This document shows, piece after piece, positions 51,080 to 64,000 of a stretch of DNA of 64,000 bases. A program made the position numbers and the translations under genes. The stretch spans positions 7,756 through 71,755 of the forward strand of contig NW_021833930.1 in the NCBI RefSeq assembly GCF_006345805.1, read 5' to 3'. Each line of letters starts with the position of its first letter. The stretch's first letter is position 1. This DNA comes from Octopus sinensis (lineage: Eukaryota). A model generated the notes under the pieces. The model saw nothing but the letters and a program-made list of their open reading frames with translations. It made no database searches and was not told the origin of the DNA.

Positions 51080-51339
51080 AAATGTGCCCTTTTGAAGCCT
51101 AGCCAGGCTCATGGGCCCGGTTTCCCGGTTTCCCGGTTTCAATGGCGTATGTGTTCCCCAGCTGGACGGGACGCCAGTCCATCGCAAGCGTTACTCACTT
51201 TTGCCAGCTGAGTGGACTGGAGCAATGTGAAATGAAGTGTTTTGCTCAAGAACACAACGCGTCGCCCAAACCAGGAATCGAAACCACAATCTTATGATCA
51301 TGGTGCTGACACCCTAACCACTAAGCCACGCGCCTCCAC
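51080..51339 (-). mobile_element. tRNA-derived SINE G (V-domain-like gcgatggactggcgtcccgtccag)
   Basis: Head gtggaggcgcgtggcttagtggttagg...ggtttcgattcc. Confidence 0.85.
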
Positions 51340-51534
51340 ATGTAAGCAATTAAATGACTTAAATATTAATTGCGTTGTTTACTTCATTTATTTTCTATGA
51401 TAAGACGCTCTGTCTATATTACAGCCTATTCACAACAGATATATTAATAGCTCACTATGCCTATATTTGAACACAATAGATTTTGCAGAAGCAGATATTG
51501 GAGTAGTAATGTAATATATTGAACTTCATAAGGT

Positions 51535-51930
51535 GGCGAGCTGGCAGAAATGTTAGCACACCGGGCAAAATGCTTAGCGGTATTTTGTCTGTCGTTACAT
51601 TCTGAGTTCAAATTCCACTGAGGTCAACTTTGCCTTTCATCCTTTCGGGGTCGATGAAATAAGTACCAATAACGTACTGGGGTCGATATAATAAACTTGA
51701 TCCATTTGTCTGTCCTTGTTTGTCCCTTCCGTGTTTAGCCCCTTGTGGGTAGTAAAGAAATAGGTATTTTGTCTGTCTTTACGTTCTGAGTTCAAATTCC
51801 GCTGAGGTCAAGTTTGCCTTTCATCCTTTCGGGGTTGATAAATTAAGTACTAGTTGCATACTAGGATCGATCTAATCACCTGCCCTCTCCCCCAAAATTT
51901 CAGGCTTTGTATTGGGAGTAGGAAAGAATA
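51535..51930 (+). mobile_element. SINE B dimer
   Basis: Body restarts at 51763, 184 bp after 51579. Confidence 0.9.
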
Positions 51931-51954
51931 TATTTAGTTTCATAGAGTACATAA

Positions 51955-52195
51955 TAACAAGCACCGTTTGAGCATAGTCGTTGCCAGTGCTGCCTGGCTG
52001 GCCCTCATCCCAGTGGCACTAAAAAGCACCCACAACACTACAGTTGGCATTAGGAAGGGCATCCTGCTATAAAAACCTTGCCAGATCAGATTGGCGCCTG
52101 GTGCAGCCATCTGGCTTGCCTGTCACCAGTCAAACCATCTAACCCATGCCATCATGGAAAGCGGACGTTAAAGAACGATGACGATGATGATGATC
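51955..52195 (+). mobile_element. Family D
   Basis: D body plus (GAT)n. Confidence 0.8.
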
Positions 52196-52274
52196 ACACA
52201 CACACACACAAACATACACATATATGGTACACAATAGCTTACTGCTGCCCAAATCAATTATTTGCATATTACTC

Positions 52275-52482
52275 TTTTACTCTTCTATTTGCTTCAGTCA
52301 TTTGACTGCGGCCATGCTGGAGCACCGCCTTTAGTCGAGCAAATCGACCCCGGGACTTATTCTTTGTAAGCCCAGTACTTATTCTATGAGTCTCTTTTGC
52401 CGAACCGCTAAGTGACGGGGACGTAAACACACCAGCATCGTTTGTCAAGCAATGCTAGGGGGACAAACACAGACACACAAAC

Positions 52483-52530
<48 letters not shown>

Positions 52531-52688
52531 GACGGGCTTCTTTCAGTTTCCGTCTACCAAATCCACTCACAAGGCTTTGGTTGGCCCGAGGCTATAGTAG
52601 AAGACACTTGCCCAAGGTGCCATGCAGTGGGACTGAACCCGGAACCATGTGGTTGGTAGACAAGCTACTTACCACACAGCCACTCCTG
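52275..52688 (-). mobile_element. SINE A, full length, near consensus
   Basis: A consensus. Confidence 0.93.
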
Positions 52689-52768
52689 CTAAATTATCCA
52701 TAGATTTCTATATTGTAAACATATATGCTGGGAGTGATTATCATCCAGGAACAGCCGAGTCAGGCTGA

Positions 52769-52819
52769 TCCCACTGAAGAGGCTTCGGCAAAAGCTGAAA
52801 CTGACTGATCAGTCTAGGA
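52769..52819 (+). ncRNA. Type I hammerhead ribozyme candidate with closed stem III
   Basis: tccca-CTGAAGA-ggctt(cggcaa)aagct-GAA-actga(ctga)tcagt-C-tagga. Predicted cleavage after GUC at 52814. Confidence 0.7.
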
Positions 52820-53029
52820 ATATCTCAACTGCTGCTTTTCAGTCGATTACAGTCCCCGTTAGTATGTACGTATAAAATTATGTGCTTTGACTGCAGCGTT
52901 AGAGAATTTAGTTCTTATTTCTAGCAATGTACGTGTTTCTAACACCCTTAGTCTTGTTTAATGACACTTATAGTTTTCCTTTTTGGTACACACTTTCTTA
53001 CTGCTACCTAAATCAACTATTTATATATA

Positions 53030-53369
53030 TATATTGTTTGTTCCTTCTCGAGCCATGCCTGGTTCATAAGGGCCGGTTTCCCAGTTTCCTTAGTATATAG
53101 GCTTCCCACCTGAATAGGATGTCGGTCTGTTGCAGGTGAGCTGCAAGATGCAGGACGAAAGAGTGAGAGAAAGTTGTGGTGAAAGAGTTAGCAGAAGTTC
53201 ACCATTACGGACAACTCAAGTTAGAGAAGGGGTGCGTATTATACACAAGGTTTAGGACTTTCAGAGGTACAACCCCCTAAAAATCCCCTGTGTATTATAC
53301 TCAAGAGTGGGCTATACTTGAGGACTTACAGTATATACACATCACTGCTTAGCATTGTCTCCCCATATA

Positions 53370-53413
<44 letters not shown>

Positions 53414-54976
53414 TCTTTTACTCTTTTACTTGTTTCAGTCATTTGACTGTGGCCATGCTGGAGCACCGCCTTTTAGTTGAGCAAATCGACCCCATGACTT
53501 ATTCTTTGTAAGCTTAGCACTTATTCTATTGGTCTGTTTTGCCGAACCGTTAAGTTACAGGGATGTAAACACACCAGCATCGGTTGTCAAGTGATGTTGG
53601 GGGGGGGACAAACACAGACACACAAACATATATACACACACCACATATATATATTAGAAATATATACATATATATAGAATATATTATATATATATATATA
53701 TAGTTTGTTCCTTCTCGAGCCATGCCTGGTTCATAAGGGTGGTGTTCCCAGTTTCCTTAGTATATAGGCTCCCCACCTGGATAAGATGCCGGTCTGTTGC
53801 AGGTGAGCTGCAAGATGCAGGAGAAAGAGTGAGAGAAAGTTGTGGTGAAAGAGTTAGCAGAAGTTCACCATTACGGACACTCAAGTTACAGAAGGGTGTG
53901 CGTATTATACACAAGGTTTAGGACTTTCAGAGGTACAACCCCCTAAAAATCCCCTGTGTATTTACTCAAGAGTGGGCTATACTCGAGGACTTACGGTATA
54001 TACCACATCACTGCTTAGCATTGTCTCCCCATATAACCATACACACACGCACACACACACATACTCTTTTACTCTTTTATTTGTTTCAGTCATTTGACTG
54101 TGGCCATGCTGGAGCACCGCCTTTAGTCGAGCAAATCGACCCCATGACTTATTCTTTGTAAGCCTAGCACTTATTCTATTGGTGGGTTTTGCCGAACCGT
54201 TAAGTTACGGGGATGTAAACACACCAACATCGGTTGTCAAGTGATGTTGGGGGGGGACAAACACAGACACACAAACATATATACACACACACACATATAT
54301 ATATTTAGAAATATATACATATATATAGAATATATATATATATATATATATAGTTTGTTCCTTCTCGAGCCATGCCTGGTTCATAAGGGCCGGTTTCCCA
54401 GTTTCCTTAGTATATAGGCTCCCCACCTGGATAAGATGCCGGTCTGTTGCAGGTGAGCTGCAAGATGCAGGAGGAAAGAGTGAGAGAAAGTTGTGGTGAA
54501 AGAGTTAGCAGAAGTTCACCATTACGGACAACTCAAGTTACAGAAGGGGTGCGTATTATACACAAGGTTTAGGACTTTCAGAGGTACAACCCCCTAAAAA
54601 TCCCCTGTGTATTATACTCAAGAGTGGGCTATACTCGAGGACTTACGGTATATACACATCACTGCTTAGCATTGTCTCCCCATATAACATACACACACGC
54701 ACACACACACATACTCTTTTACTCTTTTATTTGTTTCAGTCATTTGACTGTGGCCATGCTGGAGCACCGCCTTTTAGTCGAGCAAATCGACCCCATGACT
54801 TATTCTTTGTAAGCCTAGCACTTATTCTATTGGTCTGTTTTGCCGAACCGTTAAGTTACGGGGATGTAAACACACCAACATCGGTTGTCAGGTGATGTTG
54901 GGGGTGACAAACACAGACACGCAAACATCTATACACATACACATATATATATTTAGAAATATATACATATATATAG

Positions 54977-55010
<34 letters not shown>
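53030..55010. repeat. Three tandem copies of a ~660-bp composite unit (SINE fragment + MITE end + SINE A half)
   Basis: Units start near 53030, 53701 and 54351. The third continues into the rest of SINE A, to 55153. Confidence 0.95.
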
Positions 55011-55012
<2 letters not shown>

Positions 55013-55233
55013 GATAGGCTTCTTTCAGTTTCCGCCTACCAAATCTACTCACAAGGCTTTGGTTGGTCCAAGGCTATAGAAGAGGTCACCTACACAAGGT
55101 GCCATGCAGTGGGGCTGAACCCGGAACCATGTGGTTCATAAGCAAGCTACCTACCTCACAGCCACTCCTACGCCTTACATATATACATACATATATGGTT
55201 TATGGAAGAAAAAAATTACTTTAACTTTGATAA

Positions 55234-55362
55234 AATAATATTCGCAATGCCTTATCTCTACTAAGTAAAGAAGCAAATGCATTAAGTAAGATTCATTTTG
55301 AAGATCTGATGAAAGACTTTGCCATTAAAAGAAGTAAGAGAAAATGTTTGAAATATAAATAA
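55234..55362 (+). mobile_element. Fragment of a hAT transposase C-terminal dimerisation region
   Basis: RNALSLLSKEANALSKIHFEDLMKDFAIKRSKRK resembles the hAT consensus RL.ALSLL.IE......I.F...I.DFA..K.R. Confidence 0.5.
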
Positions 55363-55480
55363 AATGGAATCATACAAAACTCAACATTATTTTCCGTCTT
55401 ACTGTTAGTTTTATTTCATTTTGAAAAATAAAAACTTATTTTATGGTTTATTATTGTTTATATTTGGAATTACATATATA

Positions 55481-56045
55481 CGGTGTGGTAAGTAGCTTGC
55501 TTACCAACTACATGGTTCCGGGTTCAGTCCCACTGCGTGGTACCTTGGGCAAGTGTCTTCTACCATAGTCTCGGGCCAACCAAAGCCTTGTGAGTGGATT
55601 TGGTTGATGGAAACTGAAAGAAGCCCGTTGTATATATGTATATGTATATATGTGTGTGTGTGTTTGTGTGTCTGTGTTTGTCCCCCCCCCCGCCAAACAT
55701 TACTGGAGCACTGCGAACATCGCTTGACAACTGATGTTGGTGTGTTTATATCCCTGAACATCGCTTGACAACCGATGCTTGGTAGACGGAAACTGAAAGA
55801 AGCCGGTCATATATATATATATGTGTGTCTGTGTTTGTATCCCTGCCAACATCGCTTGATAATAGATGCTGGTGTGTTTACGTCCCCGTAACTTAGCAGT
55901 TCGGCAAAAAGAGACCGATAGAATAATTACTAGGCTTACAAAGTACTAGGCTTACAAAGAATAAGTCCTGGGGTCAATTTGCTCGACTAAAGACAGTGCT
56001 CGAGCATGACCACAGTCAAATGACTGAAACAAGTAAAAGAGAATA
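55481..56045 (+). mobile_element. SINE A with internal duplications
   Basis: A consensus. Confidence 0.85.
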
Positions 56046-56196
56046 AAAGGGGGCTCACAAATCTTTTAGGTGCTTAAGGCTTCGATGGGTCTTAATCCAG
56101 CCCTGCTATCATCCTCTACACACACACACACACAACATAACTACACCAGTGTAGTCTTCTCTGTTGTACACTCATGTACATTATGTTTGATCCCTC

Positions 56197-56437
56197 AAAG
56201 GTGGCGAGCTGGCAGAATCGTTAGCACGCCGGGCGAAATGCTTATCGGTATTTCGTCTGCTGCTACGTTCTGAGTTCAAATTCCACCGAGGTCGACTTTG
56301 CCTTTCATCCTTTCGGGGTCGATTAAATAAGTACCAGTTATGTACTGGGGTCGATATAATCGACTTAATCTGTTTGTCTGTCATTGTTTGTCCTCTCTGT
56401 GTTGAGCCCCTTGTGGGTAGTAAAGAAAAAGAAAAAG
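56197..56437 (+). mobile_element. SINE B with 17-bp TSD
   Basis: ATTATGTTTGATCCCTC at 56180-56196 and 56438-56454. Confidence 0.95.
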
Positions 56438-56721
56438 ATTATGTTTGATCCCTCCAACACCTATTTTCTCTCTCAGCTCACCTGTGCTTTGTCGTTCATA
56501 TACATTAGCATTTAACTGTTACTGGATCACGATCGCTTTATTTCTGCAAATAATGTTATGACTGCTCCATATTCATTGCCTGCTGTTTCTCGAGCTTCTA
56601 ACATTATTGATCTGTTGACATCTGTTACATAAATTCTCTCTCCATTTCTATACACGCACAAGCACACACATGCTAGTATATGTGTGTGTGTATGTATGAG
56701 TGTATATGCATGTGTGCATGC

Positions 56722-56753
<32 letters not shown>

Positions 56754-56794
56754 GTATATATATATATATATATGTATGTATATATATATATGTA

Positions 56795-56826
<32 letters not shown>

Positions 56827-56835
56827 GTATGTATG

Positions 56836-56869
<34 letters not shown>

Positions 56870-57379
56870 ATATATATATGTATATACTAGGAAGAAAGAC
56901 TGTACAAGCAAAACATGTTGTTTCATTTTAGAGCATGCAATTTATAATTCAAAAATAATTGCAGAGTTCCTAGAGTTAAATAAGGGATTAAGAAATAATG
57001 CACAAAGTCTCTTTCTTGAATAGCTGTGCATATGGTGCTCAAGTCATTAAGCAAAGAATTCCATATAAGCTTGAGTCAGGTCGCTTGAGTGCTGCTGGTA
57101 CCATGTAGTCCAGTACAACCTGTTACATGGTTGGGTCGTCGGCGACTAAACTGGCAACCCCACCAGGCTTGCTTGGTGAGGCGGGTGTTTGTTGGACACC
57201 CTGCAGGACAAAAAAATAAGACCTGTCAAAGGGCGGAAGAATTACTGCGTAGTCAAAGGCCATCCAACAACGTGTGTGCGGAGTGCTTTGTGTGTGTGTG
57301 TCTGTGTGTGTCTGTGTGTCTGTGTGTGTGTGTGTGTGTGTGTGCACTGTATGTATTGCATTTTTTTTAAACTCTGTAT

Positions 57380-57650
57380 ATCATCATCATCATTATCATC
57401 GTCATCATTTAACGTCCGTTTTCCATGCTAGCATGGGTTAGACGGTTCGACTGGAGTCTGGTAAGCTATGGAGGCTGCACCAGGCTCCAGTCTGATCTGG
57501 CAGTGTTTCTACAGCTGGATGCCCTTCCTAACGCCAACCACTCTGTGAGTGTAGTGGGTGTTTTTTACATGCCACCGGCACAGGAGCCAGAGCAGGCTGG
57601 CAAATGGCCCTGATCGGTTGGTGCTTTTACGTGTCACCGACACGGACGCC
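57380..57650 (-). mobile_element. Family D
   Basis: (CAT)n plus D body. Confidence 0.85.
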
Positions 57651-57859
57651 AGTATATATATGGTGTATATATTGCATTTTAAACTCTGTGAGTGTATATA
57701 AAATGTACATATTGTATTGTCACTGTCCCTTGTCTCAGCTGAAGCATTGTATCCCAAAAGAGGCGGAAGAACCATTTGGTCAATGGCTCAAATGGAATTT
57801 CATGATCATTGGGACCCCGGTTTGGTTAATGACCAAGCAAAGGCGTATGAACTAGTCTA

Positions 57860-58125
57860 CTCATCATCGTCCATCAATGGGTGTGACTCCCTGATCTTGA
57901 TCTGCTGCCTTGTAGATAGACTTTTTAGTCAAAGGCTCCGAGTGGGGTCTCCTAAGCTAACCCCCTATTCCGGCCTAGGCAACCGGGTAGTATATGCCTA
58001 CTGAAAACCATGGATCCTTTTCTCTCTTTCGCCATGGTTTGGATTGCATGGGCAGGAGGGGCTCGTCAGCCATGGTTGGCAACCCTCCTAGGAGAGGATA
58101 ACTCCGACTTCAAACCTACGGCCCG
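57860..58125 (+). mobile_element. Probable RTE 5'-UTR fragment
   Basis: ggcaaccctcctaggagaggataactccgacttcaaacct resembles a recurrent RTE 5'-UTR motif (recalled). Confidence 0.45.
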
Positions 58126-58129
58126 AGGA

Positions 58130-58436
58130 TCACACCAGCATCGGTTGTCAAGCGATGTTGGGGGGCCAAGCACAGACACACAAACATACACGCACACATA
58201 TATACATATATATATACATATATACAACGGGCTTCTTTCAGTTTCCGTCTACCAAATTCACTCACAAGGCATTGGTCGGCCCGAGGCTATAGTAGAAAAC
58301 ACTTGCCCAAGATGCCATGCAGTGGGACTGAACCTGGAACCATGTGGTTGGTTAGCAAGCTACTTGCCACACAGCCACTCCTACGCCTAATATATATATA
58401 TAATATATATATATATAATAATATATATATATACAA

Positions 58437-58471
<35 letters not shown>

Positions 58472-58633
58472 CATGCATATATATATACATATATACGACA
58501 GGCTTCTTTCAGTTTCCGTCGACCAAATCCACTCTCAAGGCATTGGTCGGCCCGAGGCTATAGTAGAAAACACTTGCCCAAGATGCCACGCAGTGGGACT
58601 GAACCCGGAACCATGTGGCTGGTTAGCAAGCGA
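58130..58633 (-). mobile_element. Two tandem SINE A 5' portions
   Basis: 58130-58385 and 58494-58633. Confidence 0.88.
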
Positions 58634-58864
58634 CTTACCACACAGCCACTCCTTGATAAATATTTCAACAGGAAATCATTGGTGCGCATTGGTCCAAACC
58701 ATTATGATAGCTGAGAAAAAGAAAGAATAAATAAAAATCGGACAAGAAGCGGTACAGCCTCAGCTACATGAAGACTCTGTTGTTACCACCTAGTTCACTT
58801 CACAGGTGACAGGGTGCAGCAGATTAACTTACGCAAGGCTTTTCTGCCACCATCTCTCTCTGTC

Positions 58865-58908
<44 letters not shown>

Positions 58909-59135
58909 ACTCTGTCTCTGTCACTCTCTTCCCCCTCTCTCTATTCCTCTCTCTCTCTTTCTCTCTCTCGCTTTCTCCCCCTCACTTTCTCTCCCTCTCT
59001 CTCTCTCTATATATATATATAAATATACAAACATATGCTCATACATTTGTATACATATACACACATATATTTAGATTTATATATATGTATACACACACAC
59101 ACATATATATGCATTTATGTATGTATGTATATATC

Positions 59136-59190
<55 letters not shown>

Positions 59191-59375
59191 TATATATATA
59201 ATATATATATATATATACATACATACATACATACATTTATATATTTGTAAAGATATATATATATATATACATACATACATTTGTATATTTTAAAATATAT
59301 GTAAACTTAAACTTAGATATATTTCGACCAAAGATTGGTCCAGGCCATATCTAACTTAATAGCACCACTGATAGG

Positions 59376-59415
<40 letters not shown>

Positions 59416-59422
59416 CACATAC

Positions 59423-59462
<40 letters not shown>

Positions 59463-59783
59463 TGTATGTATATTTATTAAGAGAGAGAGAACCATATGAA
59501 TTTGCTGTAAGATACGTTTTTGTATCCATACACAAAATTATATAAGTAGCACACACATGTGGATATACCTAGAAGTGCACATATATATGCATAGACACAT
59601 GATGCCAGGCATTCAATAAGGGGACAAAGGCTTGTGGCATTGTCTTTGGTTTTCTTTTCACTATTGGACGAGTTATCGAGAGTAGTGGGGAGAGGTGGAG
59701 GGAGTAGAGGGAGAGAGAGAGAGAGAAAAGAAGAGGGAAGGAACAATATACTGAGAATGTGAGACATAAACACGTGCTTGTAT

Positions 59784-59833
<50 letters not shown>

Positions 59834-59959
59834 GAACATATATTCAGTGACACAGATACGAAAAACACAGTCACATACATAGACACAGGCACAGATGCAC
59901 AAATACAGACTCGCAAATATATAGAGAGAATAGAAACAATAAGAGTGTGATAATTAACT

Positions 59960-60575
<616 letters not shown>

Positions 60576-60596
60576 ACAAAGCAACAGAGAAATAGC

Positions 60597-60643
<47 letters not shown>

Positions 60644-60919
60644 TGAGAAGAGTGAGAAAAAAGATAGAAAGAATGAGAGCTTGGAGCCTAATTTATGGAT
60701 TTTGTCCAATGTTATGATATTAGTTCAACATTTGTGTATGTGAAAAATCAATCAATAGCTCAATACTTCACTGATTGACGGTGATGAAGCCTAGATATTC
60801 CTAGTACAACAAGTGAATCATTGAACACTGTAGATTGAATAGTAGGGCACTTAGGCACACAAACACACACACACACCAACACACACACACACACACATTC
60901 ACACGTGCACACTCACATA

Positions 60920-61560
60920 CATACTCTTAGAATACTTACATACACATACATATACACACACGCACATGCCCATATACATACATACATATGGACACACATC
61001 CTTACACACTCTTAGAATACTTACATACACACACATATACACACACGCACATGCATACATACATACATACATACACATGCTTACACACTCTTAGAATACT
61101 TACATACTCACACATATACACACACGCACATGCATACATACATACATATATAAACACGGACACACATGCTTACACACTCTTAGAATACTTACATAAACAC
61201 ACATATACACACACGCACATGCATACATACATACATATATAAACACGGACACACATGCTTACACACTCTTAGAATACTTACATACACACATATACACACA
61301 CACACATGCACACATACATACATATATAAACACGGACACACATGCTTACACACTCTTAGAATACTTACATAAACACACATATACACACACGCACATGCAC
61401 ACATACATACATATATAAACACGGACACACATGCTTACACACTCTTAGAATACTTACATAAACACACACATATACACACACGCACATGCACACATACATA
61501 CATACACATGGACACACATCCTTACACACTCTTAGAATGCTTACATACACACACACAGAT
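60920..61560. repeat. Minisatellite, eight ~85-bp units anchored on CTCTTAGAATACTTAC
   Basis: The anchor recurs every 82-90 bp within CA/TA-rich filler. Confidence 0.92.
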
Positions 61561-61974
61561 ACATATACACTCACATACACACACATTTATAAACACATGC
61601 ACAAACTGAAAAGCACATATATACATACATACATACATACATACATACATACATACATACATACACATACATACATACATACATATATATACACACTTGC
61701 ATACGCATATTTTCATAAACACATTCTCACATACATACAAATGCACACATTAACACACTATAACTTGTATAGTATTTAGAAACAGACATATATACATACA
61801 CAACAAAAAAACTACAAGAACAGAAAACAAATACCCATACCAACACATACACACACGCACGCACACATATACACACACATGCGCACACACACACACTAAC
61901 AATGCAATATTGATTTTTACAGTACACTTATATACACATACACCCATGTATGTATATATGTACGTATATATATT

Positions 61975-62013
<39 letters not shown>

Positions 62014-62575
62014 CTATACATAACATATATATGTATATATATAATGTGCGTATATATGTGTGTGTGTGTGCATGTGTGCATACACACATGCCAACATATT
62101 CAAGTAACGTAGCCGTAAGTCATAGAACACTTAAAAGCATCATCCGTATAGTTCTTCACTATTAGTCACTAGACACACATACTGTGTATTACCTGCTTTT
62201 GTGGGGCACGTCAGATACAGACACATACATAGTTATACAAAACTGCTCACATACATGCAAGTAGATGCAATTACACATACACATATGGATACTCATACAC
62301 ATATACACACAACGTGAGCATCTTGTATTTACACACGCAACGCACACATAATATTTATAAGTGTACGTGTGTATCTATGTATATATGTATACACACGTGT
62401 GTGTATGGGTGGGATATATATATATATATATATCGACCTCGAAGCCACAAGGGTAAACAAATGAAACAGAGACAGGCAGAAACAAGGAAAATGCCCCTTG
62501 TATTTGAACACAATACAATATTCTTTTAAAAAAACCTTTTCTTTTAATTTTTCCAAATTTATTGTTTTTCCATAC

Positions 62576-62617
62576 TTACAGTTGAAAAAGTCTCAATGAC
62601 TGAAACCGGTACTGAAA
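62576..62617 (+). ncRNA. Minimal hammerhead-like motif with U3-A8 core variant (family P5)
   Basis: cag-TTGAAAA-agtc(tcaat)gact-GAAAC-cg-GTA-ctg; ACCGGT palindromic stem III. Confidence 0.55.
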
Positions 62618-62702
62618 TGTTTTTTATAAAATTATTTTAGCATTTTGTACCTTGACTTTTTTTCCATATACATATATATATATGTGTTTATATATATATA
62701 TA

Positions 62703-62781
<79 letters not shown>

Positions 62782-62990
62782 CATCATCATCATTTAGCGT
62801 CCGCTAAATGTATGTATGTATATATATATATGTATGTATATAATATATATTATGTATGTATATATTATATATATGTATGTATATATATATATATATATAT
62901 ATCAATATATTTAGCTGCTCTTTCAAGTGAGTTGAACAGCCTGTCAGAGTCATTCCTTAATACTATTGTTGCATATATATATATATATAT

Positions 62991-63228
62991 ATAGTAATTC
63001 CTCACCATATTCCGGTTCACCTACTGCGGTTCAGCGATCATGGTATATTATTTAAGCTTATATTGATTCCTCCGTGGTGTTGTTTTGCATTTATAATAAA
63101 ATAAATACAGACAAATTATAAGAATAATTACAAAATATACAGCACACTACTGTTTGTACTTCGCAGATTTTTCACCTATCACGGGGTTTTTGGAACATAA
63201 TATCCGTAGTATTGAGAGATTACTGTTA
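62991..63228 (+). mobile_element. Degenerate Tigger-like MITE
   Basis: Imperfect TIRs atagtaattcctc / gagagattactgt. Confidence 0.55.
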
Positions 63229-63229
63229 A

Positions 63230-63450
63230 TCATCATCATCATCGTTTAGCGTCCGCTTTCCTTGCTAGCATGGTTAGACGGTTAACTGGGGTCTGGGAAG
63301 CAGAAGGCGCACCAGGCCCAGTCTGATTTGGCAGTGTTCTACGGCTGGGATGCCCTTCCTAACGCCAACCACTCCGTGAGTGTAGTGGTGCTTTTTATGT
63401 GCCACTGACACAAGTGCCAGACGAGGCTGGCAAATGGCCACGATCAATGG
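63230..63450 (-). mobile_element. Family D
   Basis: (CAT)n plus D body. Confidence 0.85.
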
Positions 63451-63551
63451 TATAATATAATGTGTATATATATATATAATGTATATATATACACACACAC
63501 TATATATTACATGTATATATTATACACATATATATACATGTATATATATAT

Positions 63552-63589
<38 letters not shown>

Positions 63590-64000
63590 GTATATACATT
63601 ATATATAATAGTTGGACATTCCAAACTTACTCATATAGACATGTATATATATGTGTATATATATATATGTACATGCATACTTATGCATGTCCTTAACAAC
63701 TTGCATGTAAACATTTATATACAAACATATATAAAGACATGAACAACGCACAAATATACACAAATACTAGTGTATGCACATATATACTACAATGACATTA
63801 CATACATGCATATGTAAACACAGAACAGATGTGAATAACCATATACATGTATGCATACTACACATATGTATGGATAGATACACATGTATAAATAGATATC
63901 TAGGTGCATACTACATTCTCATACATTCTTATACATACATCTACAAACATACATACATGGATATGGTTATGCACACATGCATATACACTAATGTACATAC

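Noticed and set aside
57780-57970. HDV-like fold in the RTE-like UTR
   Set aside because: P1.1 GG is missing and P2/P3 are mismatched; I could not complete the pseudoknot.
58005-58078. Minus-strand CTGACGA-gcc...ggc-GAAA with an 8-bp stem
   Set aside because: No NUH triplet or stem III; better explained as RTE UTR hairpins.

Overview
AT-rich, microsatellite-saturated eukaryotic non-coding DNA, most likely intronic or intergenic sequence from an octopus/coleoid cephalopod genome. The taxon is inferred from the SINE and simple-repeat repertoire and was not verified. I can support no host protein-coding gene: nearly all ORFs in the track are translations of microsatellites or SINEs. The window is a mosaic of: (1) several tRNA-derived SINE families, given working names A, B, C/G/H, plus a (GAT)n-tailed family D; (2) a ~550-bp element (F) found in the (ATT)n tails of SINE B; (3) decayed RTE, CR1 and R4-like LINE fragments; (4) two mariner-type remnants, Tc2/pogo and Tigger-like MITEs, non-autonomous Helitrons and a Helentron-type element; (5) a 5S rRNA pseudogene; (6) many simple and minisatellite repeats. 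The most striking unexplained signal is a set of 8-10 hammerhead-ribozyme-like motifs from about six unrelated short repeat families with Penelope-like features. They include a tRNA-headed (Pol III-type) SINE carrying a hammerhead, a family with a non-canonical U6 core, a U3-A8 compensatory variant, and a near-complete monomeric type I hammerhead. A candidate HDV-like fold is also present. All folds were done by eye and none has been tested. Family names are my labels, and repeat boundaries are approximate unless TSDs or TIRs are given.
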